Source: Phoronis australis (Eukaryota > Animalia > Phoronida). From it: a stretch of DNA of 64,000 bases. Position numbers and translations under genes: made by a program. A model generated the notes under the pieces. That model ran no database searches and was not told the origin of the DNA. It saw only the letters and a list, made by a program, of their open reading frames with translations. Shown piece after piece: positions 39,681 to 54,075 of this stretch (the first letter of the stretch is position 1; each line of letters opens with the position of its first letter). Where the stretch lies: the NCBI GenBank assembly GCA_002633005.1, contig NMRA01000093.1, positions 948,505 through 1,012,504 on the forward strand, in the 5' to 3' direction.

Positions 39681-40680
39681 TGGATAGGCATCATAGTCTT
39701 ATTCACTGAAACCTATTTGCTCTGAAGATAGAAAGGCAAACACAAAATTTAAATAGATTTGGCAACTTTGATGCACAGCCGTAGTAGGATCCAAAAGAAG
39801 TTTTCATCTGTTGCCAAAACCATAGAATACACTTATTGTATCTCACAAAGAACCTCCAAGGGGTTTAAAATTGAACTGTGGATATTAAAATTTGTCAGAA
39901 CACCTGTTAATTTTCTTCAAGATCCTTAGAGCAGTTTGTCGTACAGAGAGACAAATGTCCATTACGCGGCACAGACTATCCTTAATTCATATGAAAATAA
40001 TAGAAACCTATTTACTAAATTTCATGAAATTCTGTCAAAGAACTCTGAAAACAGACTGAGCTAAACGAGTAAAAAATGAATATCCACCAGGAGCACAGCA
40101 GTAGTCATATTTGTCAGAAAAGTTGCTGTCATATATCCTGTAAGGTCAGGTACAGTGACAGATGCAAAACAACGAAACTGCCACTAAAGGGCACCACAGC
40201 AGTCAGGCTTATGCCATTTAATGTCCGCTGTGGTCTATTAGGTAAAATGTCCCAATTTCATAACGATCCTTTGACCAGTTTGGCAGATAGAGGTGAATGT
40301 CGAAAATGGACTCAAAATAAATAAACTAAAAAATAGCCACTTGGTAGTGCAAAATAAGTCAAATCAGTTCCAACGGAAAGGCATTGCCATCTCCTTAATA
40401 GACACACATTTACCAATTTGAAATTTCATTAGTATCTATCAATTAACTCTGAGATAACCTGCATGAGAGACATGTGTTCAAAATAGAATTGCCACCAAGG
40501 TGCACTATGGTATGCCGGTCAGTCTGAAAATTGTCGTCTGTCATCAACTTAATAGCACAACTTCTGTCAAATCTCATTATAATCCTGCAGAAAGTTTAGG
40601 CGATACAGCAATAGAATCCAGACAGATGGATGCACGGACATATACAACAATGTGCACATGTACATATGAGTGCATAAAAA
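39681..40680 (-). mobile_element. Older, more diverged HINE copy
   Basis: Degenerate subunits; ends CAGACAGATGGA...GTGCATAAAAA. Confidence 0.6.
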
Positions 40681-41472
40681 TCTGCTACAGTACAGAACAA
40701 AAGACACTAGATAGAATGCCATTTCCCACCATGGCTTCTGCCATAATTATGACTGGTAATGACAACACTAGTGGGAAAATTGAAATTATAGAATAGCTTA
40801 GCAACCTCATAGTTTTACATAGCTTTCCTGATAAATATCCTCTAATCTCAGTCATTACGGAAAGCTACACTGACAAATGGCTTCTACCGATAGTCATCAT
40901 GAAGGAGAATTCCCGGTCAAGTTTTTGTATGAATACTTTTGGCGTATATTGTACTTAAAGGTCCCATAGTTGTCAGGTTGAAGCCCACATCCAGCAACAA
41001 GTGCACTCTTTCAATAAGCTCAGTGATTAGACACTGATCACCATTAGGTAAAAACAGCTCACAGATAGCACTCTCCTTTGTCACGGAGGTAACAAAGCAC
41101 GTTGTTTTCATTGAGTTTTGAAGTCAGTCATTATCTCCACACGTCAGCCGTCGAGGTGTATTGCCATGGAAATATTCACAATGTCAGCTGTTTTCGGTTA
41201 AAAATTAACCCAACAATTTTGCTTTATCCACTAGCTCTGCATTTTCCTGTCTTTGATTGAAGTTGGGAAGGTGAAAAATTTAATACCACTCATTAAAATT
41301 CATCCAGCTTTCTCCCATCAGAGTTGTAAGCTAGGACGGCACTAATACATCATTGGCATTGGAAGGACAAAAACTGTACAGCCAAAAAAACTTGTAAAAA
41401 ATTAAACAGCAAAGAACACGTGGACCTCCAATGGCAAGAAAACACCAAGCCCCAAAAGTCCTTCGTTGACAG

Positions 41473-42882
41473 ATATTGTGGCATCGTGGGTTTAGTACAA
41501 CGAGATTCGCGTGAGTGTCGACCCTATTGCTGACTGAGGACTTGTGACTATAACAAATGATGCTTCTTTCTTCATGTTTTGATCATTTCTTCAAATCTTT
41601 GTAACCTGAGGTACTCAGAAGTTGTTCATGAGGAATACTTTAATGAAACCAAATTCAAATCGGGTACTAACGTCAGACAGCCTGTACACGAAATGGAGGC
41701 AGTCATTACGTTGCAACGCCAGAAATTTGTAACATGCACTACTGCGCATGCGCAAAATCTTGCCAGCAGCCCTCCATAAGAAATACACAAGAACAGGCTA
41801 TAATCAGGAGTTTATAAGTGAGGGGAGATAACTACACAATTTGCCGATAGCCTGTAGCGCAGAGTGTATGTTAAGACTTGTTACTGCCAAATATCAGCGA
41901 CATTGGTGAAAATTTTTCCACGTCTCTTGAAGTTTGCCCCGTTCAGGCCTATGTTAAAGATCGTCCGGAAGTCAATATTTGAGCGCATAACTCATTCTGA
42001 AGTCAAGTTTGTGGCTGAATTCATTTTGCCATCAGATTTGCAGATAGCCTAGGTGACTACCAGGAGTACTCAGAGGTTGCTGATCCAAATTTCATGCTGT
42101 TTTTCGAAAATTTTTCCACGTCTCTTGTGTTCTGAAAATGGATCCACGTACAGTGCTGTGAGATGAAATGTTGCCGATCGCCTGGCTGTCTTGCAATGGA
42201 ATTTGCACTTTGTAGATGAGAGATTACGTAGCTCAGAATCGCTAAGAAAGTGTCATGTTCATTTTCTCATCCGGTATGAGTTTAGAAATACTTTCGAAGT
42301 TTGAAAAACTCGGATTTTATACAGGTTTATGCAGGTTTCGCCTGTGAGTAATTGATACTAGTTAAATCTTCAAATGTTATTTCGGTTTTTTTGTGATCCA
42401 CATTACGTTGTCCTTCGTCTTAATTCAATACTGTTACTTAAAAGTGGATTCCGCACTCAAATTTGTATTGGCAAACATCTGAAAATTAATAAAAACCGCT
42501 TTGCCAGCCCGCATAATTAGCCAATTGCAAGCACACGCGACTGCCTGGCCGACGTTCAATTCACTTTTGTTATGGTTATGTGTACAAGTTAACAGAGACC
42601 TGTGACCCCGATGCCCCAGCTAGCACTGTCATACTGTTAACTAGGGGATTCCAGAAATTCCAGATACTGTTATTGTAAACTTGACAAGTATTGCTCTGCA
42701 GACTATACATACTGACTTCGAGCTCACGGTACTAGCGCCCAAGCTTCCTGACCTTTAACCTAACTATGCGTTATCATGATTGGTTAGGGACATGGCGCTA
42801 AGCGTCACCTAACGGATCAAGAATGTTACAAATTTCTGGCGTTGGACATGGCCAGCCTCGCTTTCATATGCCACAAGAATAT
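41473..42882. mobile_element. Unclassified element with subterminal inverted repeats
   Basis: Perfect 22-bp IR CAACGCCAGAAATTTGTAACAT (41714-41735 / 42823-42844); outer TTGTGGCAT/ATGCCACAA IR. Confidence 0.45.
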
Positions 42883-42977
42883 ATAAACGTGATCTTTTTA
42901 AGAATGGTCAGCTATTCAGCAAAAAGGAAGTCAATGGAAATGATTGATAAAACTATATGTACTCAACAGACACAAAC

Positions 42978-43074
42978 CATAGATATACAAGACCGCAGGC
43001 AATCAGAGCCAGCACTATAAAACCACAGATTGGAGCAGCAATGGCCAGCACAGTCTGATCAGTGATCCCACCAC
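42978..43074 (-). CDS. TNFR exon 5 (transmembrane: VLAIAAPICGFIVLALIACGLVYLW)
   Basis: CAG/GT borders, 97 nt, phase 1-2, hydrophobic helix. Confidence 0.85.
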
Positions 43075-44723
43075 CTGAAATGACATGACATTTGGTTAAT
43101 GGCAACAAATTACTAGGAACACTAGCTTTTAGCCTTATTCGTAGAGAAAAGAATGTGGCAGCGTTGACCACATTGTCCTGAACTGCTCATAAGTACCCTT
43201 CACTAAAACCATGACAGAAGTAGTTTATCAATTCTGGCAAATCTAGTGCTTGCAACTCACCACGGCAACTACTGAACAATTACAGTAAAAGCTGCCTAGC
43301 CTCTAAATAACAATGTCCCATTCATGATTACATAATACACAAGACATGTCAAGAACTTCTACACTGCAAACTGACAAGCTGCAACCAAGTACATTATCAG
43401 AAATGTAACACTGACAGACGAGTGCAAACTGACAGTGTGCCAACATGTTACCTGTTTTTAGGAAGACCAAGTATTTTGTATCTGATCACCTTGTTCCGAG
43501 TCATTTATACAGTAATGTATAAACAGATAGTGGTTTTGCTTTAGAAGGCGGAGGTTAATCACCGCAGTTGCTTTTTTCTTGTTTCTTTATTAAACATAAA
43601 ACTTTTAAAAACATGTGGAAATGAAGAGAAAACCATCATACTCGAATACATAATTATGCACAATGCACACTTGTGGTGGGGGTCATATATTTACAACTCA
43701 AAAACAAACTGCCCTCAAAATAAAAGTACCATAGGGGCCCATCTGTTATCAAAATCTTCAAATTTTGGATTATTGTGAATGAAATATTTTTCAATTTTGA
43801 AATACTCAAAGACTTCCTTTTAAAGTATATCAAATTGGGAGTCATGTTTTTAAGACGCTTTTCCAAAAAACATCTAAATTTGAAAGCTCTAACAACCTTC
43901 TCACTTTGTTTATGATCCAATCATCAAGTGAAACTCCACAACTGAGTTGACCTATTGGCTACATATACACACTGGCCATTGTAAACACAACCAGAGTGAC
44001 TACCAGCATCCTATCAGTAATTTTCATGTTGACAAAGTTTTCAAGGCTGCCATGTAACTAAGAGCTGACATGGACCAACTCCAAAAGTTATTGTGTGAAA
44101 GCAGTTAAACCCTTTAAATGAGTGACCAGCAGTGAATTTTTATTTCCAGTACTAACATCGTTTTTCAAATGCAAATTGTCATCTCATAAACATATGGTGA
44201 CAACACAGATAATTTGGTGACTTGTAAACAATAGATGATGGAAAGCAAAATCTGCTCTTGAGCGCACCAGTGCTGAAAGCATGAATACAGTATCAGCAGA
44301 CTGTTTATGGTCACTGCTGTTCCTGTATTGGTTGAGAGCACCACCAGTGTTTGCTGGGCTGTGCATTCATCTGTGTGGAAGTACAACAGTCTACTTGCAC
44401 AATCATGCATGTGACCTACATTTAAATACATGCGCCGTATCAGTGTGGCACTGCTTGGTATCATCATCGGTTTTTCGGTGTGAAGATCGAGCACGAGTGA
44501 GAATTCTGATGTAAGTAATTTGTATTTTGCAACAACAGAAGTACCATAAATGAAATCTCCCAAATAGTAAATTTTAAACAGAAAAATTTAGAAGTGAAAG
44601 AAGAGTGGCAAGGCAGCATTGCGAGTTAACCATGCAGTTTTTTGAAAATCAAATTAAGTTTTTCAGATGACACTTTTATTGTACGATGAGAAATCGCAAG
44701 GCAATGTTATCACTTAGATATAC

Positions 44724-44918
44724 CTTCACCACCTTTCATCGTCTTGTCAATAATGGCTGATGTACAAGTTCTGTCATGAGTGGCATTTCCTGGTGAAGCT
44801 TGCATCTGTTCCCCTGAACATTCTGTCCAGTTCTTGCATGGGTTCTTCAGATTCTTGTCCACTGAGCTGAAGGTACCGTTAGCACACTTCGTGCAATTTG
44901 TGTCTGAGTTTTCCGACC
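44724..44918 (-). CDS. TNFR exon 4 (CRD3/4: SDTNCTKCANGTFSS...CKNWTEC...GNATHDRTC)
   Basis: TNFR cysteine pattern; CAG/GT borders, 195 nt, phase 1-1. Confidence 0.93.
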
Positions 44919-46068
44919 CTGTGAAACAAAACACAACCAACATGGGCCAGTGGGAAATTCACTCTTGTTTTAACCATTTAACAACTTAAGATTCAGAACA
45001 GCTTTCGTAAAAAGCTAGAAAAATGTAAGCTGGTGACTTTTTGCTAGGGGTAAATTGAATCTTTTACTTCTGGGATTGCTTTCATGAAAGTGATTTAAGA
45101 TGAAAAAAAAAAGCAAATTTGGTCCTTCGCTCCAACTCTCCAACATTGCTTGATGAAAGTTTACTCAAACAATTATTGAGTGCATCACATAGATATTATC
45201 TCAGTAACTAACAGTTCTCAGAATTTTTGCACTCTTGCTCAAGTACTATATAAATGATGTTTAAGAAATTATTGTTATGTGGAACAAAACTAAATTTCAG
45301 ACTCAAGTCGCAGGTCATAGATTTAATTGCGCAAGAAAGTTCACTTACGTCAGACCTATCATGAAGAACTGTATTTGCTGCGTTAAACAGTCTCAAAGTG
45401 GGACTCAACAAAGTTCACTGGAGAGGTGAAAATATCATTATCCTTTTGTATGCTGTTTTAGTTACATTTCTATGTCAATATTTGGGAACTTTTCATGCAA
45501 CACTCCACACGCAGACTTACTCCTGGAATGAGTTGTTGCTAGGTTTGAAGGCTGTCTAGACGCTACTTAAACAAGCACAACTTTCCCCACTTATGACAAC
45601 AAACTCTACCATATCAAGGTGGGACAGCTTATTCTAACGGTAACCCATGTGACTTCTGATCACTGCATGTATCCACAAAACTGGGGCATCACGTATGTAA
45701 TTATCAACTGGCAAATTTGCATCAGACATCCAATTGTCATGCATAGGGGGACAACTTGTGCCTTACCCTAGTGAATGGATATATGTGTGTGTAGAAACTC
45801 CATTTAAAAATGGGGTAAGCTGCACATAGTAAAAGTTGTTCTAGGACAGGCAGAGTCCCAATTTACTTTCATTGAACTAATGGTCCAGTTTTTGATTACA
45901 TTATTAGAAAATGTCATGAGTCAAAGAAGAGCCCATGAAGGTAAAATGGCAGAAAAAGATTAAATTTGTGGGTAAAGAATGACACAGATAGGCACAAGAT
46001 TTAAGGCACTTAGCTCAGTTCTAATTTGGGATGATTTCATGGAATCAGCACTGAAGTCTGGCAAGTTA

Positions 46069-48373
46069 GACAAGGGCAACGCGAAGTGCTGAAATCTGCC
46101 CACGAATGCACCGCAAATGGTGTGCTTCTAGGGGTGTTTATTTGTATAATAGAAATGGCCACTAGATGGCGCAAAATATGTCAAATCCATCCAAAACGAG
46201 AACATATTATCACTTCTTATAATTGAAAGTTGTTTACCAAATTTCATAAAAATCTTTCAAGGAACTTCAAAGAAACGAAAGAAAATGGAAAAAATGAAAT
46301 TGCCAGTAGGCGGCACAGTGTGTGTAGGCCCCGTCTGCAAGTCATCGTCGTCCACTGTCAACTTTATATAAATACACTTCTTAAATTTAATTAAAATCTT
46401 GCAGTAGGCTTAGGAGATACAGCTATGGTCACTAAAAAAACAGAACTGCCACTAGGACGTGCCACAGTTGTTGAAGTCCACACAAAATCATTGTCAATGA
46501 GTCCTCCTTGCACAAAGAGCATATGCCCAAATTTTCACAATAATCCTTAAAGTGGTTTGGTTGATGGAGGGTGGACACCAAAGCAGTTTTGAAAACAGAA
46601 AAAATGACCACTAGGTGGCTCATAATGCCTCAAATCCATTCAAAAACGGGAACATGTCATCGTTTCCTTAATAGAAATCTATTAACAACATTTCATAAGA
46701 ATTCATCAAGGAACGTCAGAGATACACAGAAAAACAAAACAAGAGCAACGCAGAGCGTTGAAATCCACCCACAATTGCACCGTATACAGTATCCTTCTAG
46801 GGTTGTTTATTGGTACCATAAAGTGGCCAGTAGAGGGCATATATGTAGTATGTTGTACTTTGCAAAAAATGGAAAGGCATGGTCATTGTCTCCTCAATAG
46901 GCTAGGGGCAAAATGTGAGTGATCTTCATAATACAAGCACATCCTATACATCATTTGCTTAAAGCACCACAGAAACATAGAATTAAAAACAAATTTACCA
47001 ACATACGAGATTAGCACAGCATTAGAATGCCAGAAACAAATTTCTACTTGGAACTTTTCCTTCATAGTCACGAAGTAACACAAAGTATACACCTGAAGAC
47101 CTATGAAAATACAGAGGTCAATGTAAAATACTAAAATTGCCACTAGAGGCAAATACTAAAATTGCCACTAGAGGCATACCGGTAGTCAGAATCATCCTAA
47201 AGTCGTCATCGTCCGTTGTCAACATCACATAAATACACTTGCTAAATTTAGTAAAGATCCTGCAAACGGTTTGGGAGATACAGCCATGGGCGCAAAAAAA
47301 CAAAACTGCCACTAGGAGGCGCCACAGTAGTCCAAATCGTCTGAAAATCATTGTCAGCTGTCTTCCTTATAGTAAGCACATACACGCCAATTTTCACAAT
47401 CATCCTTTGAGCGGTTTGGTTGATAGAGGGGTGGACGCAAAAATACAGACTCGAAAACAGTAAAAATGGCCACTAGGTGGCGCAAACTATGTCGAATCCA
47501 TCTGAAAACAGGAGGATAGCGTCATCTCACTAATAGGTGCCTACATACCAAATTTCATGAAAATCCGTTCAGGACTTTTGAAGATACAAAGGTAAGCGTA
47601 AAAAACTAAAATTGCCACTAGGGGGCACACCGGTAGTCGGATCCGTCCGAAAGTTCGCACATGCCGTCCCATTCATGAATGGAACATATGTGCCAAATTT
47701 CATGCACGTATGTCAAAGGGTTTTGGAGATAAAGCAGCGGACGCCGGACGGACGCTGTCCGGACGGATGGATGCCGTCCGGACGGACGGAGATGACGGCA
47801 TAATGCGTCCATATATAAATATGTGGGCCCATAAAAATTAAATTGCCACTAGGGGGCACAGCATTTGTCGGATCCATCTGAAAGTTGCCGCCGTCAGTTG
47901 TCAACCTCATATAAATACATTTGCTAAATTAAAAAGATCCTGCAATGGGTTTAGCACATACAGCTTTATGGGCGCAAAAAACAAAACTCAGTATCGCTAG
48001 GAAGCGCCACAGTTCTCGAAGTCGTGAGTAAATATCGTCAATCAGACTCAAAAACAGTAAAAATGGCCACTTGGTGGTGCAAAATTCATTGAATCAGTCC
48101 GAAAACAGTAGGATAGCATCATCTCACTAACTGATGACGAGGTGTCAAATTTCATGACAATCTGTTGAGGACCTTAGATGATACTGAGGTAAACTTAAAA
48201 AAATAAAATTGCCACCAGAGAACACACCGGAAGTTGGAGACGTCCAAAATTCGTTATCCATTGTCACCTTCATAGGAACACATCTGCCGAATATCATCAA
48301 GGAGATAGAGCTGCGGACGCTGGACGCCCAGACAGAGATGACGGCAATATGCACCCACTTGGGCGCATAAAAA
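46069..48373 (-). mobile_element. HINE copy interrupted by a nested HINE
   Basis: Termini at 46069 and 48373; array resumes after 47837. Confidence 0.8.
46738..47837 (-). mobile_element. Nested young HINE, near-identical to 57872-58940
   Basis: Complete termini; inserted in an A-run without TSD. Confidence 0.85.
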
Positions 48374-48658
48374 TAGCACAGGTTAGTACATGATTTGGTA
48401 AGAGAACTGATAGGGACAGAAAGTGATTACATCACACCCTAAACAAATACTCCAAACTCTAGACAAACAACATAGCGTTGGCCTACTCATTTACACAAAC
48501 ACACTTTTCAAACTAGTAAAAAACTTAAATCTAAGCTCATGCCACAAATAAGTACATATTAATTAACCAGCGTTTCTGAAACATTTCCCAGTTTCAACTT
48601 TGTTCTGTCCCGGAAAGTAGATTTTTTGCTGTAAACTGACTAGCATCAATTCCATTAC

Positions 48659-48995
48659 CTAACTTCATCACTCCATATCCAGCGTCACATGAGGTGTGCT
48701 TTTTGCACACTTCATATTTGTTGTTCCTGTAAAAGCCATCTGGGCAGCCACACTTCAGGTTCTTCACAATGGTACATGGCTCCTTTTCATCCTCCCCATA
48801 TAAAGAATCGCAAGTAAAGTCGCAGCTTGCACACATGGTCGACTGGGTACATGCTGAATTATACTGTCCTTGCGGGCACACCTGACACTCAGTTTCATCA
48901 TTGGCATTACAATGACGTTTAACAAAGTGCCCAGGAGGACATTTCTTACATACTGCTTCCGGGTTTGTTTCAAGCACATATGTGCCACAGGATGC
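48659..48995 (-). CDS. TNFR exon 3 (CRD1-3: ASCGTY...CKKCPPGHFVKRHC...CGCPDGFY...CKKHTSCDAGYGV)
   Basis: Classic TNFR CRDs; TAG/GTAATG borders, 337 nt, phase 0-1. Confidence 0.95.
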
Positions 48996-49079
48996 CTACA
49001 AACAGAAAATATAAACTGAGTTAAGATAACCTGCGGTATATAACCATGACTCGATGCCAAAGTTAGGTAATAAAAATAT

Positions 49080-49145
49080 GGAGACATCAGAGCAGAAGTG
49101 GTTCAACAAAGGGGTACAAGAAGCTATCTATATCAAAGCCCCAAA
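49080..49145 (+). mobile_element. Penelope GIY-YIG C-terminal fragment
   Basis: EQKWFNKGVQEAIYIKA matches the WFxRGVKEAIYI-type motif. Confidence 0.55.
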
Positions 49146-50655
49146 GTTTTCCCATTGTAAGCTGGGTCATTGATAATGCACTATGTAAATGAGATCTCAT
49201 GTGACAAAAGTTCACGCTACTAGTACTTAACATAATCCCATCGCAAGAGACAAGACGTCTCCAAGGATCTCTAGGAAAATGTGAACTCAGTTCAGCAAAC
49301 AAAGTTCAAGTATTAACAACGCAGTGAGTTAGTATTAAGGCATATGTGTGAATTATTGGAAATTTCCACAAAGTAGACGAATTCCTAACATGCCTACTTT
49401 AAAGGAGAATGCCACCCAATCTAGTCTTCTTTACCATTTTACTTGGTCGATATCCGCATCACTTCGTATACGGTCGATCTTACCTCCCCGAGAGGTGTCG
49501 GGTTAACGTGTGAGGAAGATGAGAAACGACGCAGCAACATCAGTGGTTCTTCGGCAAAATTAGTGCCGCTATGGTGTGGTGTATCTTTCCCGTTTCTGCG
49601 AACTATGAAGCTGCGAGGTAAGCGGGTGTATCGTTTTTTCGATTTCCTCGAGAGCCCATAATGCTTCGGAAGTGTCTCACGGTAGTGAAGAATGAAAAGA
49701 ACACCGTTAATACCAAGTATGAGGCCGTGAAACTTCTCTGTGACTGTCAGTGGCCTGCACTTACTTGGATTGGTTGTTGATCAGTTTTTGATTATGGAGA
49801 ATTGTAGTTGGCCATGAAAACATAAACAAAAAGGCGTGAGATCATAACGTTTTATGTAACCTGTTTGATGACTGACTCGTTCGTTAGGCTTTTGTTTGCT
49901 CCTCCGGGTGTAGGATGTTTTCCCCACTTCTTTTTCACAGCCCTAAAAAACGTCATAAGCACACCTTTTTTAGATGTGTTGCAAAATCAGGATGGTCCAT
50001 GAGACACATCTGTGCTTCTCCAAGAATTCGTTTCACTTGCGGAATTTTGTAGCAGCAAAGGCAAGCGTCAGTCGTTCCATTATCGTGCAAGTATCTCAAC
50101 TCACTGACACCATGTCAAGTTCATACGTTTTTCAGAACTATTCATATGTTCCGTTGTCTGTGCACCCTAAACAATGATTATATCAAACTATAACAAAGTC
50201 TGTCTCATTAGATACATTTTGTACTGCCTTGGAGTGTTTGCGAGACTAAGTGCAAAGGTTTTGAGAAGCCAGCAACAAACCAGCTAATTGACCAGGCACC
50301 GAGGCCGTGTGAGCGCACGCTAATTCAGGGTTTGCTGACAAAAAGCTGTTGTGAAACAATTACTCGATTTCATATTCTATGGTCAGATGTAAGGGGGATC
50401 TTTATTTAGATATTCATATACATTATTCGAATCATTGTTACCCTACAACTTTTGCCCAGACAGTTCTGTGGAAGGGTAACCTGACTTCACGGCCCCTGAC
50501 GAGCTAGTAAGTTGATTTGCAGTTTTCCGGGTAATTCACCAAAATAATCAGCATTCACATTTTTTCTTTGGCTCACTAGTATAGTCTTTTTGTGACTGGA
50601 AGTTTAGTTTCCAGTTCGGCTGGTTGATGTTCGTGATGTCTTCAATCACCGTTAT

Positions 50656-52186
50656 TAGGGAGGACGTTTTTTTTTTTTTTTTTTACAANTACCCACGAGT
50701 CATACATTTTTGAAAAGCCCTTGGTGTGAGAAATAAAATGGAGCAAAAATCAGAAAAATTGGATGAGTGGTTAACGAGAAAATTGCCGTTGAAACGCGAC
50801 GATTATGCGTAAAATATCTGCCTTTTTACATAATTTTGTAAAAAATAAAAGAATATACATGTGCTGCATATAAAAAGATTCGTCTCATTGTGTCAAACAT
50901 GGTGGTGTGTATTATATAAAATTTGGATCGATTTCTACAGAGATATTGCTGTTTAAGTGTGTTGTTAGCATATAGAACAGGCTCATCATATTTGATGAAA
51001 ACAATGAAATACACAGCTTAAAAGGTAAAGAGCAAAGACATCACATCAGCTCAGAAATAAATACATTCTGAGCTACAAGGAAATTTCACATCAAATCACA
51101 AGATCACATTGGTGGATTTGGGGGGTAAGGGGGCCTGGCCCGTGGCCCCACTAAAACTCACATATTTCATTTGGCAGTTTGAGGGTGCAAATATCTTACG
51201 GGTAAAATCCTGCGTAATACTCTGTCAGCAATGATGTGTTGCCCATGTAGTAGTATTCAGGGGCAGATCTAGGATTTTTAGATAGGAGGGGGGTCCTATC
51301 TAAAAATCCTAGATCTGCCCCTGAATACTACTACATGGGCAACACATCATTGCTGACAGTGACAGGGGGCTGGGGGAGGCTTATAGCTCCCCCACTTTTT
51401 TCAGTGCTGGGTGCCACCCATGTACTATTAGATCGCGTCGTGGCAAAAAACATCAGAAAGTAGACAAAAGACCATTTGGGAAAACAAATCATTCTTAACA
51501 TGAAGGATTTCATCATTTACGCATTAAAAACTTTGTAACAACTTTATTTCGAATGGTGAACTTGCGATGCCATTGAACTTCAACGTAGCCACTGGTGGCG
51601 CTGACATGCGGCCACTTAGTGAACTAACGACTGCTGTTTGAAAAGTGCCAATGCGCAGCAGTTTGACAGAATTTCTAAAAATGAAATAACTACCAGTTAA
51701 AAGAGTGATAAATTCCTCATCTAAAAATTGGGGGGGCATATTGCGTAAATGGAAAAATATCAATCTCTCGACCGACCAAAATTAGGCCTTCCGGACGATC
51801 GAAAACTCGCCATGAAAACTTGGCCTTGACTTCCAGAAAACAACTTGAGGAGATGCGCACGCATCTAAACTACATCCTGTCCAAATTTCATGTTTGTAAT
51901 TGAGAGTATAATGCTATTTTGAATAGGAGGAACAAGAGGTACTTTTTCGAAAGTTGATCGCACGGCGGAAAATCGTGCGCTAAAAAAGCTTACAAAAAAT
52001 GATTTATCAGCGATAATTTGAGACAAAAAGATTACAAACTTACAAATAAAGACTAAGGTAACGATTTATAACACAAAATTATCTTATAGTTAACTTTGAA
52101 GTCTGAAATTGGGTAATTTACCGACGTGGGTTTTACACGGAGGCAGATATGGAGCACCGTAACCTACTTATTGATTGTCCTCCCTA
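50656..52186. mobile_element. Nested hAT-like TIR element
   Basis: TAGGGAGGAC/GTCCTCCCTA TIR; CCGTTAT duplicated on both sides (7 bp, or 8 bp ACCGTTAT if the terminal A is assigned to the TSD). Confidence 0.8.
51222..51359. repeat. Perfect 66-bp inverted repeat with GGGGGG loop
   Basis: Arms 51222-51287 and 51294-51359 are exact reverse complements. Confidence 0.95.
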
Positions 52187-52432
52187 CCGTTATGGGCCTG
52201 ATTGGGTTCCGCTAGCCGCTGGCCGGGATAGCAAGTATTTTGAGTGTTTTAACACACAAGAACTAAAAGAACTAAAAAAAAGTCTAAAATTACAACAAGC
52301 AGCTATGTTTTCCTGTCTATATTTCACGGAAGATTAATTTGAATTTATCATCAAAACACCCCAAACTCCCGCAACCAACCTTGCGGTAAATTGGCTTACC
52401 AATTTTGTAGGCTACGGTATGTTTAAATACCT

Positions 52433-54075
52433 AACAACAGCAATGCGGAGCATTGAAATGTGCCCACGGATGCACCGCAAATGGTGTGCTTCAAGGGGTG
52501 TTTATTTGGACGGTACATAAAAATAGCCACTAGGTGACGCGAAATACGTTGAATCCATCTGAAAACTGGTACGTGTCATCAAAGCTATTTGCCAAATTTC
52601 ATAAAAATCCGTCAAGGAACATCTGAGAAACCGAGGAAAACATTTGAACAAATAAAAATGCCAGTAGGAAGCTATAGGTGCAAAAAAACAACTGCCACTA
52701 TGAGGCGCCACAGTATATGAAGTCGTCAGAAAATCATCGTAAGACTTCCTCTTCACATTAGGAACATACATCCCAATTTCCACAAAAATCCTTAGAGTGG
52801 TTTGGTTGACAGAGGGGCAGACGCCAAATGACAAGACTCTGAAACAGTAAAAATGCCCACTAGGTAGCGCAAAATATCCCGAATCAAACCGAAAACCAGA
52901 GAATAGTGTCAGCTCACTAGTAGATACCTATCTGCAAAACTTTATGAAAATCCATTGAGGACCTTTGAAGATACAGAGGTAAAATTAAAAATAAAATTGC
53001 CACTAGGTGGCACACCAGTAATCCGATGCATCCAAAAGTAGCCATCGTTTGTTGTCAAGTAGATATAAATACACTTGCTAAATTTAATAAAGATCCTGCT
53101 GAGAGTTTAGGAGATAATAGCCATGGGCGTAAAAAAACTGCCACTAGGAGGCGCCACATTTGTCAAGTTCGTCGGACAATCATCTGAGAGTCAGCCCTCC
53201 TCTTCACATTAAGAATATTTATGCCAATTTCCCCAATCATCCATAGAGTGATTTGGTTGACAAAGGAGCAGATGCCAAAAATGACTCGAAAACAGTAAAA
53301 ATGGCCATTAGGTGGTGCAAATTCCACGAATTCAACAAAAACCGAAAGATAACGTCACCTCTGTAATAGATGCTTATCAGCCAAACTTTATAAAAATCCG
53401 TTGACCACCTTTGAAGATAAAGAGGTAAACGTAAAAAACTAAAATTGCTAATAGGGGGCACACCGGTCGTCCAGTCCGTCCCAAAGTCATCGTTCTCTGT
53501 TGAAAACTTTATATAAATACTCCAGCAAAATTCAATAAAGATTCTGTACAGCGTTTAGGAGATGCAGCCAAGAGCGCAAAACTGCCACTAGGAGGTGCCA
53601 CAGTTGCTGTCTGAAAATCATCGTCAGCCACTCTCTTCACAGTAAGAACATAATATGCCAATTTTCAAAATCCTCCCCAAAGCGGTTTGGTTGATAGAAG
53701 GACGGGACGCCAAAAACAGACTCAAAAACAGTAAAAATGGCCACTAGGTGACGCAAAGTACCTCGAATCCGTCCGAAAAGGAAATGATGGCATCATCTTA
53801 CTAATACATGCATAACTGCCAAATTTTAGGAAAATCCGTTGAAGACCTCCAAAGATACAGAGGTAAGGGTAAAAAAACTAAAATTGTCTGTGGGGGGACA
53901 CCTGTAGTTGAAGAGTTCCGAAATTCGTCATCACCTGTCGTCATCTTCATAGGAACACATCTGCCAAATCTCATCAAGATCCTGTGAAGGGTTTAGGTAC
54001 AGCTGTGGACGCCGGACGAAGAATGCCCAGACAGAGATGACGGCAATATGCGACCACTCCGGGGGTGCATAAAAA
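52433..54075 (-). mobile_element. HINE copy nested in the Kolobok-like element
   Basis: Family termini; about 11 CCACTAGG-type subunits. Confidence 0.85.
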
